A stretch of 64,000 nt of DNA, taken from the NCBI GenBank assembly GCA_963805975.1, contig CAWDVR010000001.1, forward strand, positions 1,455,911-1,519,910, read 5' to 3'. Shown here piece by piece: positions 60,540 through 64,000 of the stretch (its first letter is position 1; every line of letters begins with the position of its first letter). The notes under the pieces were generated by a model. It saw only the letters and a list, made by a program, of their open reading frames with translations, was not told the DNA's origin and ran no database searches. The translations under genes and the position numbers were made by a program. This DNA is from an uncultured Acidobacteriota bacterium. Lineage in GTDB: Bacteria; Acidobacteriota; Thermoanaerobaculia; Multivoradales; SZUA-115.

Positions 60540-63500
60540 TCGTCAAGCTCTGCAAGGTGGGCTCGACACCCCGGCGTCTGATGGCCTACCTCGGGCGCGC
60601 GGCGCGGCCGAACGCCTCTCTGCTCGATGGCAACATCCCGGGATCGAGCGCGGCCGAGTGGGCGGGATGGGTCTCCCAGGTCAACAACACCTACCGACCG
60701 CAGAAGAACCAATTTGTAAAGCATTTTGTTCTTTCCTATGCGACGGGCGAGCATCGGCCGGAGGACGAGATGCGAGAAGCTGCGCGTTTCTTCCTCCAGA
60801 GGATGGGATACGCGGAGGCGCCCTATGTCGCCTTTCTGCACAAGGACACTGACAACGATCACATTCACATCGTGACCACGCCGACGACCTGGGAAGGCAA
60901 GGAAATCTCCGAGCGGTTCGACAAGTTGCGCTGTGTGCGAATCGCTCGGGAGATCGGGGAGCGGTGGCACCTCGTGCAGGTTACGGCTCCCGAGGCGGCG
61001 TTTCTCAAGAGTCCAACCCAGGGTGAGATGAAGAGCGCCGTGAGAGGCGAGGAGTCGAGGCGTGCCGCGTTTCAGGTCGAAGTGGCGCAGGCGGCCAGGG
61101 ACTCGCATACTTTCGTCGAGTTCCTGGTGAAGCTCGAAGCAGGAGGCTTCACAAGCCGTGTGCTTCTCGACAAGGAGGGTCAGGTCCGGGGAATCTCCTT
61201 CGCCCGTGGCGGGGTCGCGTTCAAAGGCTCGCAGCTCGGTCGAGCCTTTCGCGCCGGGAATCTCTTCTCCACCTTCCAGCTCGCCTACGATCCCGAGCGC
61301 GACCGGACGGAGGTACTTCGCCTGGCTGGACGAGAGGCTCCACTCGGCGGAGGCCAGGCTCTCGCCGAGCCTGAGTCCCGAAGCCTTCGCGAGACCCTGC
61401 GCCGCGAGCCGGATGGCGCTGAGGATCTGCGCCAGCTCGAGCATCGGCCCGACCTGCCGGCTCGACAGCTCGTTTCGCTCGACTGGCTGCGAGGCGGCCG
61501 AGTGATGCCGGATGGGACCTACATCGTGCTACCTCTCTCCCAGAAAGAGGTAGCCGCCGGGCTGGAGCGGATCGAGGCCCGCCCGCTCAAGACTCCCCGT
61601 CGAGAACAGACGCTCCAGCAGGCGCTCGCAGAAGGCCAGCGGGCGGAACACGCAGGAGCGGCGGCGATTCTCGCGCGGAGGCTGAGCGGGGACCGTTCCC
61701 GCATGGTGGGCCTGCGGGACCTTTCGGTCGAGCAGGTGGTGACTCTTCGACGGGAAGGCTTCGAGCCGGCCGTGCTGGTCCGGGTGGGAGAGCGCTATGA
61801 CCTGTGGCTTCGGCCCCACGAGCGCCTCTCAGAGCGTGAGGAGTGGGCCTTGCGCCAGGAGCTCGCGGACCGTTACGGTATCGCGACTCCCAAGGGCACG
61901 TTCCTCGACGGAATCCGGCTTCCCGGAAGCTCTTTCGAGCGTAGCGGGCAGCGGTTTCGAGTGCGGCTGGTCGAGGTGCGAGAGGAGCCGTTCTCGGCGT
62001 CCCGGCTCTGGCTCGCCGAGTTGCGCGGTGAAGGCCGGGAGGATCTGCACGAGCGGGTGCGTCGCTTGGACACCCCGCAACTCGAAGCGCCTCTCGCCCG
62101 CGCCGAGACGGTTCCCTATCCCGGCCTAGCCGATTTTCCCTCTCCGAGTCGTCTCAGCGGCATCGAAGCGCACTTCGCGCTTCAGGGGCGACGGCCACCT
62201 CGGGACGACGGCCACTCCAGGCCCCAGGACCCTGTCGAGCAATTGATCGCACGTGCTCACAGGATCAATCAGGAGGCCATTCGCGAAGAATTGACCTGGG
62301 CTCCAGGCAGACCGCACGAAGCCGGCGACCGGCTCCGAGCGGTCGAGGGTGAGCTCGCCGGCCGGCTTCGCCAGGCGCGCCAGTCCTTCGAGAGCGCGAG
62401 GGAGAAGATGGTTTCTGCCTGGCAGCGTGTCGAGACTGCGGCAACGACGGTCGAAGCCGCTCCCTCCCTGGAGCGGATCTACGGCTATCAGGTGATCGCC
62501 CGCTCCTACGGTCTTGCCAGGACGGAGCTGGAGCAGGCCGAGCATACCTACTCTCAGCTGGCGCTCGCTCAGCTCTCGCTCCATCGCGAGCGCTTCGGCT
62601 GGGCGCTCACCGAACGCGAACGGCCGGTCACGACCTGGAACGCCTACGAACGGCTGCTGTGCCGCGAAGCTCGGCTTGAGATCCAGCTCGGACTCCCAAC
62701 ACCGAGCGGCTTCGACGGCTCGGCCAGCGGTCCGCAGATCCGGGACCATCTACGCGTACTGGAGGCTCGCCTGTCGAGCCTCCGATCCGAAGGAGCGTTC
62801 GCCGACCGTTGGCCCGAGGTGGAGGAGATCCTGCGAGCGCGAGCTACCGCGGCGCTCTTGCTCGAGCGCTCGGAGGCCCGCGAAACCTGGCCGGACCCAG
62901 GACAGAGGCTTCGCGACCTAGCCCGCCCAGAGCCCCAGGAAGCCTTCCGTGGCTATGGGCACTGGCGGATTGAGGTATCAGAGCGCGCCTCCGTGGAGGA
63001 AGCTCTGGCCGTGCAGGCCGCGACGGCGCCTGAGCGGCTTCGAGAGACTGTCGAGCGCGTCGCAGCTGGGGACCTCTCTCCCGAAGCTCTGCGGAGACTC
63101 AATGCGGCGCTCCTGACCGAAATCCCTGCCCACCAAATCACGCTGCCGGTGCTGTCACCAGGACCGGAGCCACGCGATGGTCTCGGAGAGCTCGCACGGC
63201 TGGCGCCCGAGATCCTGCAAGGCGCTCAGCGTCTCGCCCGTTCCGAGAGGCTGTCGCCTGAGGATGCAGCCCGGCTCTTCGGCGCGTCCGCCGAAGCGGT
63301 AACCTGGCTGCGGCAACTGGATCGCGCGCAACGCTCCGCGCAAGGCATCCCCGAGCCGGGCCGGCCACCACGGGAGGTTTCTGAGCTTCCTTGGCGAGCG
63401 GCCTGGGTAGAGATCGCTTCCGAGCGAGGCTTACCGCCCCAAGCCGCGGCATCTCACCTGGGCAACCTGGGTCGTACCTCGCTGGAGGGTGCTCCTCGCG

Positions 63501-63622
63501 CTTTCGACATCGCCCTGAGCTGGGCCTTGTCGCTGGGCCGCAGTCTCGCGTGGCGAACCGGCCGGTGGCTCCGAGACGTGCTCACGGACGGCGAGGAAAG
63601 GCGAATCCGCCTACATCGCTGA
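60536..63622 (+). CDS. MOB-P/VirD2-type relaxase with a long C-terminal extension including a RepB-primase-like segment
   Basis: N-terminal Tyr (LMAY), HFVLS, HKDTDNDHIHIV, GISF...FKGSQLG. Confidence 0.88.
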   Translation: MIVKLCKVGSTPRRLMAYLGRAARPNASLLDGNIPGSSAAEWAGWVSQVNNTYRPQKNQFVKHFVLSYATGEHRPEDEMREAARFFLQRMGYAEAPYVAFLHKDTDNDHIHIVTTPTTWEGKEISERFDKLRCVRIAREIGERWHLVQVTAPEAAFLKSPTQGEMKSAVRGEESRRAAFQVEVAQAARDSHTFVEFLVKLEAGGFTSRVLLDKEGQVRGISFARGGVAFKGSQLGRAFRAGNLFSTFQLAYDPERDRTEVLRLAGREAPLGGGQALAEPESRSLRETLRREPDGAEDLRQLEHRPDLPARQLVSLDWLRGGRVMPDGTYIVLPLSQKEVAAGLERIEARPLKTPRREQTLQQALAEGQRAEHAGAAAILARRLSGDRSRMVGLRDLSVEQVVTLRREGFEPAVLVRVGERYDLWLRPHERLSEREEWALRQELADRYGIATPKGTFLDGIRLPGSSFERSGQRFRVRLVEVREEPFSASRLWLAELRGEGREDLHERVRRLDTPQLEAPLARAETVPYPGLADFPSPSRLSGIEAHFALQGRRPPRDDGHSRPQDPVEQLIARAHRINQEAIREELTWAPGRPHEAGDRLRAVEGELAGRLRQARQSFESAREKMVSAWQRVETAATTVEAAPSLERIYGYQVIARSYGLARTELEQAEHTYSQLALAQLSLHRERFGWALTERERPVTTWNAYERLLCREARLEIQLGLPTPSGFDGSASGPQIRDHLRVLEARLSSLRSEGAFADRWPEVEEILRARATAALLLERSEARETWPDPGQRLRDLARPEPQEAFRGYGHWRIEVSERASVEEALAVQAATAPERLRETVERVAAGDLSPEALRRLNAALLTEIPAHQITLPVLSPGPEPRDGLGELARLAPEILQGAQRLARSERLSPEDAARLFGASAEAVTWLRQLDRAQRSAQGIPEPGRPPREVSELPWRAAWVEIASERGLPPQAAASHLGNLGRTSLEGAPRAFDIALSWALSLGRSLAWRTGRWLRDVLTDGEERRIRLHR

Positions 63623-63793
63623 GAATTGGCTCTGCCCTTAGTTTCTAGCTTGGGCCAATACATTCCTCAGCACAGGAATCGCAGGTCCAGGCCGGCACAT
63701 ATGAACCACCTATCGGGTGCCGTCACATGTGAGCTCGGGGTGATGGTCGAGCGGCTCTCGGGGTGGCCGGGACGGATTTCGACTCGTACCGGA

Positions 63794-63821
63794 TCTTCTG
63801 ATAAACCTGGTTATCAGAAAG
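63794..63821. other. dif-like tyrosine-recombinase site
   Basis: TCTTCTGATAA-ACCTGG-TTATCAGAAAG (11-6-11 layout with ATAA/TTAT inner edges). Confidence 0.45.
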
Positions 63822-64000
63822 AATGGGAGAAGGCAACGGGCGTGGGAGCGCGGGTGAACCGTGGCTTCGATCCCTGAGCCGTCCGTCCGCAGGAAGCCTC
63901 CCGCGGCCGCACCGTGGCCGAGCTGGCGCTCTGGGGTCGTCCAGGTCGAGAGGTCCGGCCGCAGCCCCCGCGACGCTCTATCCTCGAACGTCGGCTCCTG

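Larger units (their letters stand above)
54244..64000. mobile_element. tRNA-Thr-associated genomic island / integrated mobilisable element (extends beyond the window)
   Basis: Composition changes after the tRNA; pseudogenes, TA modules, HTH, MobC and relaxase. No integrase within the window. Confidence 0.8.

Noticed and set aside
63626-63877. 83-aa ORF after the relaxase
   Set aside because: No SD, atypical codon usage, no motif, and it overlaps the dif-like palindrome.

Overview
High-GC bacterial chromosome segment, probably Acidobacteriota (Thermoanaerobaculia-like; inferred from gene content and a characteristic C-terminal domain, not from a search). Most of 1-54243 is housekeeping: 2-oxoacid:ferredoxin oxidoreductase alpha subunit, nuoI/nuoCD/nuoB, hpt, ribD/ribE, ftsY, aroB, aspS, aroC, tyrA, suhB, pyrR-pyrB-pyrC, hrpB, an exosortase-H pair, smc and tRNA-Thr(CGT). 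Five accessory modules are interspersed. (1) An Xre-like/RES toxin-antitoxin pair. (2) A ~7 kb cluster encoding an ECF sigma factor, a membrane anti-sigma, a lipoprotein TPR-CHAT protease, an S8 subtilase and a small secreted protein. The subtilase and the small protein share an NPCMGCxL[IV]P motif, and a TGTCAG-N17-CGAA promoter-like motif occurs three times. (3) A ~430-nt highly base-paired non-coding stretch followed by an HNH-like gene and a replication-relaxation relic. (4) A 105-aa protein plus radical SAM enzyme pair. (5) A tRNA-Thr-anchored mobilisable island from 54244 to the window end, with three TA systems, an excisionase-like HTH, an oriT-like region, MobC, a relaxase with a primase-like segment and a dif-like site. 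Three core genes (ubiG-like, hrpB, PIG-L) carry single-base frameshifts that may be assembly errors. All family assignments come from motif recognition by eye; no database search was run.
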